Shown here piece by piece: positions 35,063-45,539 of a stretch of DNA of 48,412 nucleotides. The position numbers and the translations under genes are program-made. The notes beneath the pieces are model-generated. The model had not been told where the DNA came from and searched no databases. It saw only the letters and a program-made list of their open reading frames with translations. The stretch covers positions 1-48,412 of the forward strand of contig CAIRDU010000526.1 of the NCBI GenBank assembly GCA_903877395.1, written 5' to 3'. Source of the DNA: an uncultured Planctomycetaceae bacterium (GTDB lineage: Bacteria > Planctomycetota > Planctomycetia > Pirellulales > UBA1268). Position 1 is the first letter of the stretch. Every line of letters begins with the position of its first letter.

Positions 35063-37849
35063 ATGGCAACCACGCTCCGCAAAAAGTCTGCTGGCAAAAA
35101 GTCGCCCAAAAAAATGATCAAGGCTGGCAAATCAGGCCGGATGATCTATTTCTTCGGTGCTCAAAAATGCGACGGCGACGGCACGATGAAGGCCCTGCTC
35201 GGCGGTAAAGGAGCCAACTTGGCCCAGATGACCAAGATCGGCCTGCCGGTGCCCTGCGGTTTTACGATCACAACGCAGGTCTGCATCGACTACTACGACA
35301 CGGGCAAGAAGTTTCCAAAGGGGCTGGAAGAATCGATTGCCGCCCATGTGAAAATGCTCGAAAAAGAGACGGGCAAAAAGTTTGGTGACGTTGGCAATTC
35401 GCTGCTGTTGAGCGTGCGATCCGGTGCCCGCGACAGCATGCCAGGCATGATGGACACGATCCTGAATCTCGGCCTCAATGACCAGACGGTGAAGGGTTTG
35501 GCGGAGGCCACCGGTAATGGCCGGTTTGCCTACGACTCCTACCGTCGGTTTATTCAGATGTACGGCGATGTGGTGATGGGCGTGCAGAAGCGGCACGAAA
35601 ATGAACATGATCCGTTTGAAGAGGTGATGGAGGGCCTGAAGCATCAACTCGGCATCCAAGAAGACACCGATCTCACCGAGGAGGCCCTGCGAGAACTCAT
35701 CAAACGGTATTTAAACCTTATTCAACAACGGACAGGCAAGAGCTTTCCGCAGGAACCCTTTGCACAGCTTTTGGGCGCGATCGGCGCCGTGTTCGGGAGC
35801 TGGATGAACGAACGCGCTTTGATCTACCGTCGCAAGTACAAAATCCCCGACGAGTGGGGCACGGCCGTCAACGTACAGAGCATGGTGTTTGGCAACATGG
35901 GTGATGACTGCTCCACCGGCGTGGCCTTCACTCGCGATCCTGCCACAGGCGAAAACGTTTTTTACGGCGAATATCTCGTCAACGCGCAGGGAGAAGACGT
36001 GGTCGCCGGCGTGCGCACGCCAAAGCCCGTGCTGGAGATGGCCAACGATCCGATGTTTGCCTCCACGTTCAAGCAGCTGGAAAAGGTGCGGGAGCGTCTA
36101 GAAAAGAAGTTTGGCGACGTGCAGGATTTTGAGTTCACTGTTGAGAAGAAGAAGCTCTATATGCTGCAAACGCGGCACGGCAAACGCACGGCATTGGCCT
36201 ATGTAAAAATCGCCCACGACATGGTGAAGCAGAAATTAATGACGCCAGAACATGCGATTCAGAGCGCTGATCCCGACGCTCTTTCGCAGTTGCTCGCGCC
36301 CATTTTTGACGCAACCGATTACGCAGCCGCTCAGAAGGCTGGCCGCGTGCTGACCTCCGGCCTGGCCGCCGGTCCGGGAGCCGCCACAGGGCAGCTTGTA
36401 TTTACCGCCGTGAAGGCCGAGGAATTGGCACGTGCTGGCAAGAAAGTGGTGCTGGCCCGCGTTGAAACAAGCCCCGAAGATTTGCGAGGCATGATCGCCG
36501 CCGAGGGCATTCTGACCGGCCGCGGTGGCGTGTCGAGCCATGCAGCCTTGGTAGCACGGCAAATGGGCAAGGTGTGTGTGGTGGGAGCCGGTGCCATTCA
36601 GATCGACTACGCCAAGGGCACGCTTGTGTGTGCAGGGCAGACGCTCCGGGAAGGCGATGCGATCTCGATCAACGGCAGCACGGGGGAAGTCTTTGTCGGT
36701 GCGATTAAAACCGCCGATAGCGAGCTCAAGCAGGTGTTGATCGCCGGTACGATGAAGCCAGAAGATTCGGCCGTCTACCAATACTATTCCTTCATCATGA
36801 AGCTCGCCGACAAGTATCGCACGCTCGGCCTGCGCACCAATGCCGATACGCCCGAGCAGGTGCGCCATGCGATCGCGTTTGGTGCCGAGGGCATTGGCCT
36901 GACTCGCACCGAGCATATGTTTTTCGAAGGCGACAGGATCGATGCCATGCGGGAAATGATTCTTGCCGAAGATGTCGATTCCCGCCGCAAGGCTCTTGCC
37001 AAACTGCTCCCCTACCAGCGCGAGGATTTCGAGGGCATTTTTCGGGCGCTCGATGGCCGACCAGCAACGATCCGCTTTTTGGATCCGCCGCTGCATGAAT
37101 TTGTGCCGCACGACGAAAAAGCGCAGGCCGACCTAGCAAAGAAGCTTGGCATTCCAGCCGATGTGGTCGCGAAGCGAGTTACCAGCTTGCACGAGTTCAA
37201 CCCAATGCTGGGGCATCGCGGCTGCCGTCTGGGCATCAGTTTTCCAGAGATCTCGGAGATGCAGGCCCGGGCTGTCTTTGAGGCCGCCTCGAAGGTTCAA
37301 AAAGACGGCATCAAGGTGAAGCCAGAGATCATGATTCCGCTGGTGGGCTTCAAGAAAGAGTTCGACCATCAGATGCAGATCGTCCACGCGGTGGCTGCAG
37401 AGGTGGCCAAGGAGACCGGCGAGAAGGTGAAGTATCTCGTGGGCACGATGATCGAGATTCCACGAGGCGCGCTGACCGCCGACGAGATTGCCGAGACAGC
37501 TGAATTTTTTAGCTTTGGCACCAACGATCTCACGCAGACATGCCTCGGGATGAGCCGCGATGATTCGGCGACATTCCTACCGTATTACGCGGAACTGGGA
37601 ATCGTGAAAGCCAATCCGTTTGCGTCGATTGATGAAAGCGGCGTGGGCCAACTCATGCAGATTGCCGTCGAGAAGGGGCGCAAGTCCCGCAAGGACATCA
37701 AGCTGGGTATTTGCGGCGAGCACGGCGGGGATCCGCACTCGGTGATCTTCTGCCATCATCTGGGGCTCGACTACGTAAGTTGCTCGCCGTTTCGACTGCC
37801 TGTGGCGCGCCTGGCAGCAGCGCAGGCGGCACTCGGAAAAACGTACTGA
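35063..37849 (+). CDS. ppdK: Pyruvate, phosphate dikinase
   Basis: Motifs [36 protein letters not shown] (phospho-His loop), [11 protein letters not shown] and [10 protein letters not shown] are present. The start is ambiguous (ATG 35063, or downstream MIKAG / MIYFF). Confidence 0.93.
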   Translation: MATTLRKKSAGKKSPKKMIKAGKSGRMIYFFGAQKCDGDGTMKALLGGKGANLAQMTKIGLPVPCGFTITTQVCIDYYDTGKKFPKGLEESIAAHVKMLEKETGKKFGDVGNSLLLSVRSGARDSMPGMMDTILNLGLNDQTVKGLAEATGNGRFAYDSYRRFIQMYGDVVMGVQKRHENEHDPFEEVMEGLKHQLGIQEDTDLTEEALRELIKRYLNLIQQRTGKSFPQEPFAQLLGAIGAVFGSWMNERALIYRRKYKIPDEWGTAVNVQSMVFGNMGDDCSTGVAFTRDPATGENVFYGEYLVNAQGEDVVAGVRTPKPVLEMANDPMFASTFKQLEKVRERLEKKFGDVQDFEFTVEKKKLYMLQTRHGKRTALAYVKIAHDMVKQKLMTPEHAIQSADPDALSQLLAPIFDATDYAAAQKAGRVLTSGLAAGPGAATGQLVFTAVKAEELARAGKKVVLARVETSPEDLRGMIAAEGILTGRGGVSSHAALVARQMGKVCVVGAGAIQIDYAKGTLVCAGQTLREGDAISINGSTGEVFVGAIKTADSELKQVLIAGTMKPEDSAVYQYYSFIMKLADKYRTLGLRTNADTPEQVRHAIAFGAEGIGLTRTEHMFFEGDRIDAMREMILAEDVDSRRKALAKLLPYQREDFEGIFRALDGRPATIRFLDPPLHEFVPHDEKAQADLAKKLGIPADVVAKRVTSLHEFNPMLGHRGCRLGISFPEISEMQARAVFEAASKVQKDGIKVKPEIMIPLVGFKKEFDHQMQIVHAVAAEVAKETGEKVKYLVGTMIEIPRGALTADEIAETAEFFSFGTNDLTQTCLGMSRDDSATFLPYYAELGIVKANPFASIDESGVGQLMQIAVEKGRKSRKDIKLGICGEHGGDPHSVIFCHHLGLDYVSCSPFRLPVARLAAAQAALGKTY

Positions 37850-37850
37850 G

Positions 37851-37903
37851 CAAGGAACGATCCACCGTTGGCGCAGCAATCGGTGGATCGTCCTTGTTCG
37901 TTG
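37851..37903 (+). terminator. Terminator hairpin after ppdK
   Basis: CAAGGAACGATCCACCG (37851-37867), 13-nt loop, CGGTGGATCGTCCTTG (37881-37896). This forms a 16-bp stem with one bulged A, starts 1 nt after the stop, and is followed by TTCGTTGC. Confidence 0.6.
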
Positions 37904-38022
37904 CATTCCCCTTGTTCCCTGCGTGCCCCTGAGGGGGACAGGCACCTGTTCCTACGGAACACGAGCTAGGCCCCTGCACGAGAAAAGTCGCTCTCCCTGA
38001 ACTGCCCGCACACTCGGGTAGA

Positions 38023-39537
38023 GTGTTCGCCATGCTGCTCTCCTACGAAGCCTCTGCGCTGGCTGTCATTCTGGTGGCCGTTGTGTCGCTGTGGGTGAGC
38101 GAGCGGTTGCCACTGCCGGTAACGGCACTCTTGGGCGCGGTGGCCTGCGTGGCCGCGGGCGTGGCACCTGCTAAGGAGGTTTTTCGGCCCTTCGCTGAGC
38201 CGCTCGTGTTTCTCTTTATTGGCTCGTTCATCCTTGCTGAAGCGATTCGAGTGCATGGGCTGGATCGCCGGTTGGCATACAGCGTGCTGGGTGTGTCTTG
38301 GGTGGGGGAGCGACCCTGGCGAATCATGGCGGCAGTGGCAACGGTTTCGGCAGTGATCAGCGCATTCATTTCCAATACGGCTACCACGGCGATGATGGTG
38401 GCAATTGTTTCTGGAATTTTAGTAGCCATTGAGAAGGCCTCCCAGCAGGCCGTCACTGGCAGCGAGGGCCACCGGCAGCAGGCGATCACTGCCGAGAAAG
38501 TGGCTGGGGAGAAACTGGCGTCGGGCAAACTGGCATCAGACAAAAAACTCGATCCGCGATTTGCCGTCGGACTCATGCTGTGCGTGGCTTTTTCTGCATC
38601 GATTGGTGGCCTAGCAACGCCGATTGGCACGCCGCCCAACGTGATCGGTCTGGCGTTTATCAAAAATGAACTGGGAATCGATGTGTCGTTCTTTGCGTGG
38701 TGCGCGGTGGGCGTGCCGGTGGCCGCAGTCCTCACAACCGTGGCCGTGTCGCTGCTGCTCTGGATGTTTCCCGCGGGCGTCGAGCGACTCGCGGGCGTTT
38801 CGCAATTCGTCAAAGCCGAGCGGTCCAGACTCGGCGCATGGTCAGTCGGCCAGCGATCCGCGGCGATTGCGTTTGGGATCACCGTCGCCCTCTGGGTACT
38901 GCCCGGGATCCTGTCGCTGGTGTTGGGACAAAAGCATCCGCTGTGTGGCTGGGTCGCCTCCCGAATGCCGGAAGGCGTGGCGGCGCTGGTCGGTGCGATC
39001 CTGCTTTTTGTCTTGCCGGGTGAACTCCTGCCCAACGGCCGTCGACGGCGGGCGATCGTGTGGCCCGAAGCGGCCAGAATCGACTGGGGAATCATTCTGC
39101 TCTATGGCGGCGGGATGGCCTTGGGCGAACTGGCGTTTTCTACGGGACTGGCCGGAGCGATCGGGCGCGGCCTCACCGGCTGGCTGCCGTTGGATTCAGG
39201 CGGCACCAGTCTGGTGGCGGCAGTCGCCGTGGTGGCCGTTATCACGAGCGAATTCACAAGTAACACAGCCAGCGCCAACATGGTGGTACCCGTGGCCATC
39301 GCCTTAGCACAGGCAAGCGGTGGCAATGCATTTATTGCGGCTCTTGCAGCCACGTTTGCCAGCAGCCTGGGCTTTATGATGCCCGTCAGCACGCCTTGCA
39401 ATGCCATCGTCTACGGCACGGGCCGCGTGCCGCTGGCGGCCATGATGAAAGGCGGCGCGATCCTGGATGTGGCAGGCGCCGTGGCCATCACAGTCGCCAT
39501 GCTCATTGTGCGACAGGTCTGGGCTGTGGCCAACTGA
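38023..39537 (+). CDS. DASS/SLC13 family anion:sodium symporter
   Basis: Two hairpin motifs SNTATTAMM and SNTASANMVVP are present. The protein is polytopic, 504 aa, with a central hydrophilic loop. Confidence 0.85.
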   Translation: MFAMLLSYEASALAVILVAVVSLWVSERLPLPVTALLGAVACVAAGVAPAKEVFRPFAEPLVFLFIGSFILAEAIRVHGLDRRLAYSVLGVSWVGERPWRIMAAVATVSAVISAFISNTATTAMMVAIVSGILVAIEKASQQAVTGSEGHRQQAITAEKVAGEKLASGKLASDKKLDPRFAVGLMLCVAFSASIGGLATPIGTPPNVIGLAFIKNELGIDVSFFAWCAVGVPVAAVLTTVAVSLLLWMFPAGVERLAGVSQFVKAERSRLGAWSVGQRSAAIAFGITVALWVLPGILSLVLGQKHPLCGWVASRMPEGVAALVGAILLFVLPGELLPNGRRRRAIVWPEAARIDWGIILLYGGGMALGELAFSTGLAGAIGRGLTGWLPLDSGGTSLVAAVAVVAVITSEFTSNTASANMVVPVAIALAQASGGNAFIAALAATFASSLGFMMPVSTPCNAIVYGTGRVPLAAMMKGGAILDVAGAVAITVAMLIVRQVWAVAN

Positions 39538-39586
39538 AAGCAGCTGTCAGAGACCTGCCGAAACAGGTCGAATACAACGACGCCGC

Positions 39587-39618
39587 GGCCCGACCGAAGC
39601 ATGCATATCGGTCGGACC
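39587..39618. terminator. Candidate bidirectional hairpin between convergent genes
   Basis: GGCCCGACCGA / TCGGTCGGACC (8 perfect bp plus 2 after one mismatch) with a 10-nt loop AGCATGCATA. No U-tract. Confidence 0.3.
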
Positions 39619-39687
39619 GCGTCGGGGTGTCCTCACATGCTCCCGCCCATCAGGCGTTGCGTGAGAGCGCGGGGGGTGGAATCGCGC

Positions 39688-40083
39688 TTAGAAACCCCCC
39701 TCGACAACTGCGCCACACTGGTGGCAGCGGGGCAGGGTCGGCGGCACGGGCGAGGGCATGTAGCCATCGCGGCACCAGGTGTGGAGTCGTGGAAAGCACG
39801 ATGGCTTCACGTTGGATCCAGAATGACACGGGCTCCGCGCCGGGCCGCAGGCCGGGGCGCACGCCGGACCGCAGGGCTGGCTTCGTACGCTGCCGTGCCA
39901 AGGTGGCCGCTGAACGCTCCGGCATCCGCAGTCACCGGCCGTTGATCCGGAGCCAGCGGCAGCCATGCCGGGCTCTTCTGTGATCGTCATCGTTTCCTGA
40001 GCAAGCACCATCTGGCTTGGATAGAGCGATACAATCGCTGCAACAATCGAAACGTAAACGAAAAACGGACGGACGATTCGCAC
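39688..40083 (-). CDS. Small secreted Cys/Pro-rich hypothetical protein
   Basis: GTG start with AGGAG 9 nt upstream. The signal-peptide-like N-terminus is MRIVRPFFVYVSIVAAIVSLYPSQMVLAQE. The mature part has 10 Cys, including CGPACAPACGP and a C-terminal CHQCG. Third-position G/C bias resembles neighbouring genes. Confidence 0.55.
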   Translation of the reverse strand: MRIVRPFFVYVSIVAAIVSLYPSQMVLAQETMTITEEPGMAAAGSGSTAGDCGCRSVQRPPWHGSVRSQPCGPACAPACGPARSPCHSGSNVKPSCFPRLHTWCRDGYMPSPVPPTLPRCHQCGAVVEGGF

Positions 40084-40285
40084 CGGTACGGACTCCTAAG
40101 CGGACGCACTTCACAATCCACACACAGCAGAGTGTTTCGTCGTGTGCGGTTGGTAGAGTTGAGAGACGGCGTCAACAGGTTGAGCGGTGCCGGTTGTACC
40201 GACAGCGAGGCCTTCCAGCTGGCCTGCGTCCTAGTAAAAATGAGGATTCCCAGCCGAAAGCGGTCGGCCTCAAACCAGAAAACGC

Positions 40286-42721
40286 TCAGTCGAGGGCGAT
40301 GTCGTCCAGCCGAAAGGACTCCAGACCATCCCGTGTGGCGACCAAGATGTGCCCCACGCCGTTTGAGCGGTAGCCTCCAATGCCAACCATCGCCGCCCCG
40401 TGCTGGTAACGATCCACCACTCGGCCATCAGCCCATGCGACGGCCACTGATCCATCCGGGGCTGCAATAAGCCACTGCCGACGCGGGGTGCCCAGGAGAT
40501 CGGCCCATGCCAGCGGCTGGATTGGGCCGCTGCGATGGATGCCAGAGGGGAGTTGCATGTGCCAGAGCGGCTCAAGCATGGGCCCGATTCCCACGGCAGT
40601 ATTTTTCCCCAGTGCACCGCTGGCTGGGATTTTCGGCAAGCCATCCAATGCATCAACAGCCAACGCCACCATCGCCCAGGCCCCGTCTGGGCCTACCGGC
40701 CCGCTGACCAAAGCAGAGGCGATCATCGGCCGGCCACTCTGATTGCAGATCTCGCGAGGCTCGCCGGCCGTTCCGTCAGGTGCAATTCGCACCAACCGGC
40801 CGCGACCGTCTATGCACACAACGCCGCGGCGGCCATCCTCGCGTGGCCCGTCCATCGCCACACCCAGCACCGGTGCGATGGAACGATCCTGCCACACGCG
40901 CTTTCCATCGAGGCCGAGTCGCTCCACTCCCGCAGTGCCAAACGAGCCGACGACGATCTGCGGCGATCCATTCCCATCGCAGTCAACCAGTTGCGCATCG
41001 CTGATCCCTGCGCGAGCCTCGAGGCCGATCGAAGGATAAGTCGTCTGCAATTTCCATGTGCTATCAAAGAGAAACACTTGCTGCGATCCGACGGCTCCCC
41101 CAAGCCACCAGCGGCTGCCTGTGGCATCTATGGCGGTCCGTAGAAATCCAAGAGATGCATCTTGTGGGAGTTTGAGTTCGTGCCTAGAAAGTTCCCGCCC
41201 ATGCGAATCGAGCACGGACACCGTTCGCCATCCGTCAAAAGCTACAATCTGCACAACAGGGTCTTTCTGGCCAGCATCGATCGATTCAATACAGATAACG
41301 TTGCCGGGTATGCCCACGCTATTGGCCCGCCATTCACGAATGAGCTTGAAGCGAATCGGTTGCTGGCGTGGAGCGATCTCTTGTGCGGGAAACGTGTGGC
41401 TGGTGCCTTGGCCGGCCGCCTGGGCAAGCACCTGTTCGTAGTCGTGTAGCCGCATCTCGAATCGTTCTTGCACGCGAGGGGCCGCTGGTGTGCCTTGCGC
41501 CACGGCGGCGAGCGTCGCCACAACGTCTTGGCCAAGACGGTTGTGATAACCGCACTGGATATCGGCCACAGTGCCGTCGGAGCCGATCACGACCACTGCT
41601 GGAAATGCGTCGATTTCCAGTGCCTCTGCCGCCACAGCGCGAGGATCGCGCAGGATTATGCCCGTGCCACCGAAGTCGCTGTAGACCTTTTGCAGCACGT
41701 CGTCCGGGACGGTGATTTCATCAACGCTCACCGCATAGTGACGGATGTGGGGCTGTTGCTCGTATGGCTGGAGGGCCTGGGCAATCCGCGGCACGGTGCG
41801 CTTGCACGGCTGGCAACCGGTAAAAAAGAATTCGAATACACACGTCGTACCTTTGAGGCTGTCTCGCGAGATGGTTTTCCCGTCCAGCCCGTTGAGCGTG
41901 AATGGGGCCACCTGTTTGCCGATCAAGGAGCTCGGTGGCTGCGGTGTGGGCACCGGCTCCAGCGAGGCCACGCGACTGGCACCAGCCGGCACCTCGAATG
42001 CAAAGGCCTCCTCGGGAATCGCCTCTGGAAACTTTGCGTCAATAAAGTCGACGACAACTTTGAGCCCCGTAACAGCCCCCGACTGCTCCGAGAGCAATCG
42101 GGCATACGAATCCGTCGGTAGGCTGAGCCGCCGCAACAGCTTGCTGTCGGCGTCGATCCAGAGTTCAAGCAGACCGTCTGGCTTTTTGATCTGCAGACGC
42201 ACGCACCGCCGGCCATCCACGGTTTCGGCGCCAACATTGCGGGGCTTTCCGAGGGCATCAGCGAGAATCAGATCGATCGTGTCATCGGCGAGTAGGAGTG
42301 GCAACTGCGTTGGGCACCCGGCATCCCCTTCGGCCAGCGTGGTGCGAAGTTGCTCGTCGGCAAACAGCTGGTCGAGCGACAAGGGACTGACGAGTGCTTC
42401 AGTGAGTACCTGTCCAGGTACATTCCCCACCGCCGCAAAGAGTGTTGTGCCATCGGAAACAACCCTCGCGTCATAGCAGTCGATCCGAATTTTATTGGGC
42501 CGCTCAAATGCCACGCGAAACGGAATCGTCTGGTCGACTTGCGTGTCGCCTCTCGTGTATTGCACTCGCAAGCGTCCATCGTCGGCGTACGCCTGGGCCT
42601 GCCGATAGGCCCGGCTCGTTTCTTCGAGCCACGCCTGCGGATCTTGACCGCAACCAGCCGAGAGGCATGCCGCAAGGGCGAGTAGGAGGAGTGAAGTCGC
42701 CGTGGTATTCGAAGATCGCAT
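40286..42721 (-). CDS. Lipoprotein with LolA-like/DUF2092-like N-domain, TlpA-type thioredoxin domain (CQPC) and C-terminal beta-propeller-like region
   Basis: ATG 42721 gives MRSSNTTATSLLLLALAACLSAGCG (lipobox). The middle part FEFFFTGCQPCKRTVPRI..AFPAVVVIGSDGTV has the TlpA/ResA pattern. The C-terminal ~400 aa have repetitive Gly/Asp/Trp-containing strands. Confidence 0.7.
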   Translation of the reverse strand: MRSSNTTATSLLLLALAACLSAGCGQDPQAWLEETSRAYRQAQAYADDGRLRVQYTRGDTQVDQTIPFRVAFERPNKIRIDCYDARVVSDGTTLFAAVGNVPGQVLTEALVSPLSLDQLFADEQLRTTLAEGDAGCPTQLPLLLADDTIDLILADALGKPRNVGAETVDGRRCVRLQIKKPDGLLELWIDADSKLLRRLSLPTDSYARLLSEQSGAVTGLKVVVDFIDAKFPEAIPEEAFAFEVPAGASRVASLEPVPTPQPPSSLIGKQVAPFTLNGLDGKTISRDSLKGTTCVFEFFFTGCQPCKRTVPRIAQALQPYEQQPHIRHYAVSVDEITVPDDVLQKVYSDFGGTGIILRDPRAVAAEALEIDAFPAVVVIGSDGTVADIQCGYHNRLGQDVVATLAAVAQGTPAAPRVQERFEMRLHDYEQVLAQAAGQGTSHTFPAQEIAPRQQPIRFKLIREWRANSVGIPGNVICIESIDAGQKDPVVQIVAFDGWRTVSVLDSHGRELSRHELKLPQDASLGFLRTAIDATGSRWWLGGAVGSQQVFLFDSTWKLQTTYPSIGLEARAGISDAQLVDCDGNGSPQIVVGSFGTAGVERLGLDGKRVWQDRSIAPVLGVAMDGPREDGRRGVVCIDGRGRLVRIAPDGTAGEPREICNQSGRPMIASALVSGPVGPDGAWAMVALAVDALDGLPKIPASGALGKNTAVGIGPMLEPLWHMQLPSGIHRSGPIQPLAWADLLGTPRRQWLIAAPDGSVAVAWADGRVVDRYQHGAAMVGIGGYRSNGVGHILVATRDGLESFRLDDIALD

Positions 42722-42821
42722 CGTGAGAGTATGACACGATTTGGCGTTGGTCACAGCGGCTCTCGCACCAGACAACGCGACTGTTTTCAGACTTTCTCGA
42801 AACGAGTACGATGCTGAGCCC

Positions 42822-44051
42822 ATGAACTGTATCACGCTGCATTACGGAGCTGACGATCCACTCATCCTCGAGGTTGAGGAAGGGGCGGTGGTGGGCAACT
42901 GCGTGGGACCGGAGGGAGTCAAAGGGATTGAAGCACGCACACTCGTGGCAGCCGCATTGTCGAGGCCGCTCGAGGGGCCAAGCCTACAGTCGCACGCCGT
43001 GCCAGGCGATCGGGTGGTTGTGGCTTTGGCTGGAGAGGTGCCACAGGCCCGCGAGGCCGTGGCCGCGTTGATGGATCAACTCGTGGCAGCGGGCGTGGCC
43101 CGCGACACCATCGGATTGCTGCGGGCAGAATGCCTTGAGCCAACGGCAGCGAGACAGAGCTTTGAAAGTGGAACGGACCCCGCTGCAGTTTGTGATGCTC
43201 GAATGATCGAGTTTGATCCAGCCACCGATGCAGACACTGCCTATCTGACGGCTGATGAAGAGAGCCGGCCTCTGTATCTAGCCCGGCCGCTTGTGGATGC
43301 GGATGTGGTCGTGGCCGTAGGCTCGTGGGGCTACAACGCCGCTCTCGGCGGCCGATCGCTCGAAGGAGAACTGTGGCCCACATTTTCCCGACACGCCAGC
43401 CGCCACGATCTTCTCCGCTGCCTAGCCAAGCGAGGGCGTCGCGCACTGGCGGCATGGCGGGCCAACATGCAAGAAATCGCATGGCAACTCGGCGTGGCAG
43501 CGAGCCTGCGGCTCGTGGCAGGCCGTGGAAATTCACTGGCTGCGGCCACGTTTGGATTACCGGACGTGGCCGCCCGGCAGGCCCGCGCACAGGCCGCTGC
43601 GTGGAGCCCGAAGATTTCCGGCCCTGCGATGCTCGCAATCTGTTCGCTGACACATCCGCAGGCTGGATGCATGAGCCTGATCCGCGGTGTGGCTGCAGCT
43701 GCCCGAGTCACACAACCTGGCGGAACGATCTGCATTGCCAGTCGGCAGACAGAGCAACCGGGCCTGATTTTCTCGCGATGGCGGCAGGGAGCGCCGCTGG
43801 AGGCGATCGTTCGGGAGGCGATCGGCACCGGCGATCGTGCACTCATTGCAGATGCCCTTCAGACGAGGCTCTTTGCTCGGGCAATTGGGGACCGCCGCTT
43901 GGTGTTGCTCTCGGATCTCGAAGAGGGGCAAGTCGAGGATCTGGAGTTTGGCTATGCCGCGACGCCCGAAGTGGTTGAGCGACTCGCCCACCGTTCCGAC
44001 AGCCTGGTCGTGTTGCACGAAGCGGATCAGATGTTTCCCCGGCTGGCTTAG
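42822..44051 (+). CDS. LarA-like (DUF2088 / lactate racemase N-terminal domain family) protein, probably non-catalytic
   Basis: The overall pattern (..SRPLEGPSL..VPGDRVVVAL.., DADVVVAVGS.., GGTICIASRQ..) resembles LarA-family proteins. ATG 42822 is preferred. It is divergent from the upstream lipoprotein gene, with a 100-bp spacer. Confidence 0.55.
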   Translation: MNCITLHYGADDPLILEVEEGAVVGNCVGPEGVKGIEARTLVAAALSRPLEGPSLQSHAVPGDRVVVALAGEVPQAREAVAALMDQLVAAGVARDTIGLLRAECLEPTAARQSFESGTDPAAVCDARMIEFDPATDADTAYLTADEESRPLYLARPLVDADVVVAVGSWGYNAALGGRSLEGELWPTFSRHASRHDLLRCLAKRGRRALAAWRANMQEIAWQLGVAASLRLVAGRGNSLAAATFGLPDVAARQARAQAAAWSPKISGPAMLAICSLTHPQAGCMSLIRGVAAAARVTQPGGTICIASRQTEQPGLIFSRWRQGAPLEAIVREAIGTGDRALIADALQTRLFARAIGDRRLVLLSDLEEGQVEDLEFGYAATPEVVERLAHRSDSLVVLHEADQMFPRLA

Positions 44052-44085
44052 GACAGCCTTCTGGTCTCACTGCCCGTCATGCTCG

Positions 44086-45036
44086 TCATGCCTTCAGACA
44101 GATGGGGGCGATCGTCTCAGCCGCACGATCAGAATCATCTCCGAGTCCGTCCTGCCGGTTCGACTTGCGTCGGCGAAAACCGTTGGCCACGCAAGCAGCC
44201 ACGCCGAGGCCTGCCAGAATGATCGTGGGTGGCTCTGGCACGGCCACAGGAGCAATGGCCTCAGTCGTATTCTCCACGCTGAAGGTTGTCACGGAGGTTG
44301 TGGCAGTAGAATAAATACTCGCACCGGCGATGGAGGCTGTGACCTCTACGGCTACGTCGGTAATGTAGTCGCCATCCTTTACTCCTGAAGCCCGGCGAAG
44401 GTCGGTCCAATTAATCACCTGAGTGCCATCCCAAGTGCCCGAGACCGAACTATTCTGGGGACCAGTCGAAACAACATCCGACGGTGTGATCTGCATCGAA
44501 CCGGTGACAGCCTGACCCCCGCTATACGGCTGCCAGTTTACGCCAGCTACCCGAATCGAATATTGGCCAGCCATCGTGACTTTTGCGATTGAGGCGGCCA
44601 GCGGCGAGCCTGGAATCTCACCCACACCGAGCGGAGCAAAGATCTGATAATTTCCGCTCATGTGAAGCGTCGTGCTCAGCAGTGCATATCCACGCACCGT
44701 CTGGTTGCCTGTGACAACCTTCCCTTGCACACCAAGCCCCATTTGAGACGTCTTGTACGCGAAATCAAAATTTTTATTCACGTCCGTTTGAATCACAACC
44801 TCTGGGGAAATTGTCAAACGAGGGTTCGGTACGCTCGTTGCAACAGGAGGCGTTGTCGGTACGAATAACCCGGGCGGAATATCGACGCCGCTCTGGTGCA
44901 CATCGTGATAGACCACCTGGGTTGTCTCAAAGTCACCGTAATTGACAGTCCCCGCCCTTGTCGCTGAAGCAGCTGGCAGGAATGTCGCAAGCGTCACCGC
45001 AGCCACGAACCGGCGGGCAAATCTTGGAGTGAACAT
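44086..45036 (-). CDS. PEP-CTERM sorting domain-containing secreted protein
   Basis: Signal peptide MFTPRFARRFVAAVTLATFLPAASA. The C-terminal VPEPPTIILAGLGVAACVANGFRRRK gives the PEP motif, a TM helix and a basic cluster. It is followed by an unusual extra 27-aa tail. Confidence 0.85.
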   Translation of the reverse strand: MFTPRFARRFVAAVTLATFLPAASATRAGTVNYGDFETTQVVYHDVHQSGVDIPPGLFVPTTPPVATSVPNPRLTISPEVVIQTDVNKNFDFAYKTSQMGLGVQGKVVTGNQTVRGYALLSTTLHMSGNYQIFAPLGVGEIPGSPLAASIAKVTMAGQYSIRVAGVNWQPYSGGQAVTGSMQITPSDVVSTGPQNSSVSGTWDGTQVINWTDLRRASGVKDGDYITDVAVEVTASIAGASIYSTATTSVTTFSVENTTEAIAPVAVPEPPTIILAGLGVAACVANGFRRRKSNRQDGLGDDSDRAAETIAPICLKA

Positions 45037-45539
45037 GATTGAGAGTCCTTTTTCCGGTGGAATTCAGACAGATTCAAATAAAATTCAGTTGCGACAGATC
45101 GTGATGGGAGGCGGATGACTCCGGCGGGCTTGAGCCCAACGGATCCCTGGATGGTGGAGCAGTCGGAAAGTGATGGTGGCTGCTCTTTGGCCCACGGCCA
45201 GAAAGAAACGGTGGACGGAGAACCTGCGAATACTGATGGTGGGTGGCCTGCATGTGCGGCGCAGCATGGTGCGACCACACCCGCCTGCGTCTGGCCCGCC
45301 TGGCCACGCATCGCCGAGCATTTCGGGCCAGCGGCCCACGCAGGCGGCGCGACGTAGAACGCAGTCGCAGCCGCGATGGGGCGTTGGATCGGGTTGGGGA
45401 TGAGCGAGACATAAAAGTGCTCTGCAGCCAAGTCAGGGAAACAAGATTTGAAAATGAGTGCGAAAAAAGAGTCGAAAAAGATTCACGGACACACAAACAC
45501 AACGGACACGAACCGAACGGGCACACCTGAGACCAACGA

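Noticed and set aside
38043-39095. 350-aa minus-strand ORF
   Set aside because: It is antisense to the DASS transporter, which has both SNT hairpin motifs. The ORF is a shadow ORF with Ala/Ser/Thr/Pro-rich composition.
42919-44018. Minus-strand ORFs of 244, 171 and 153 aa, and the plus-strand ORF 43325..43978
   Set aside because: All overlap the LarA-like gene in other frames or on the other strand. They are Arg/Pro-rich and none has a start context or motif.
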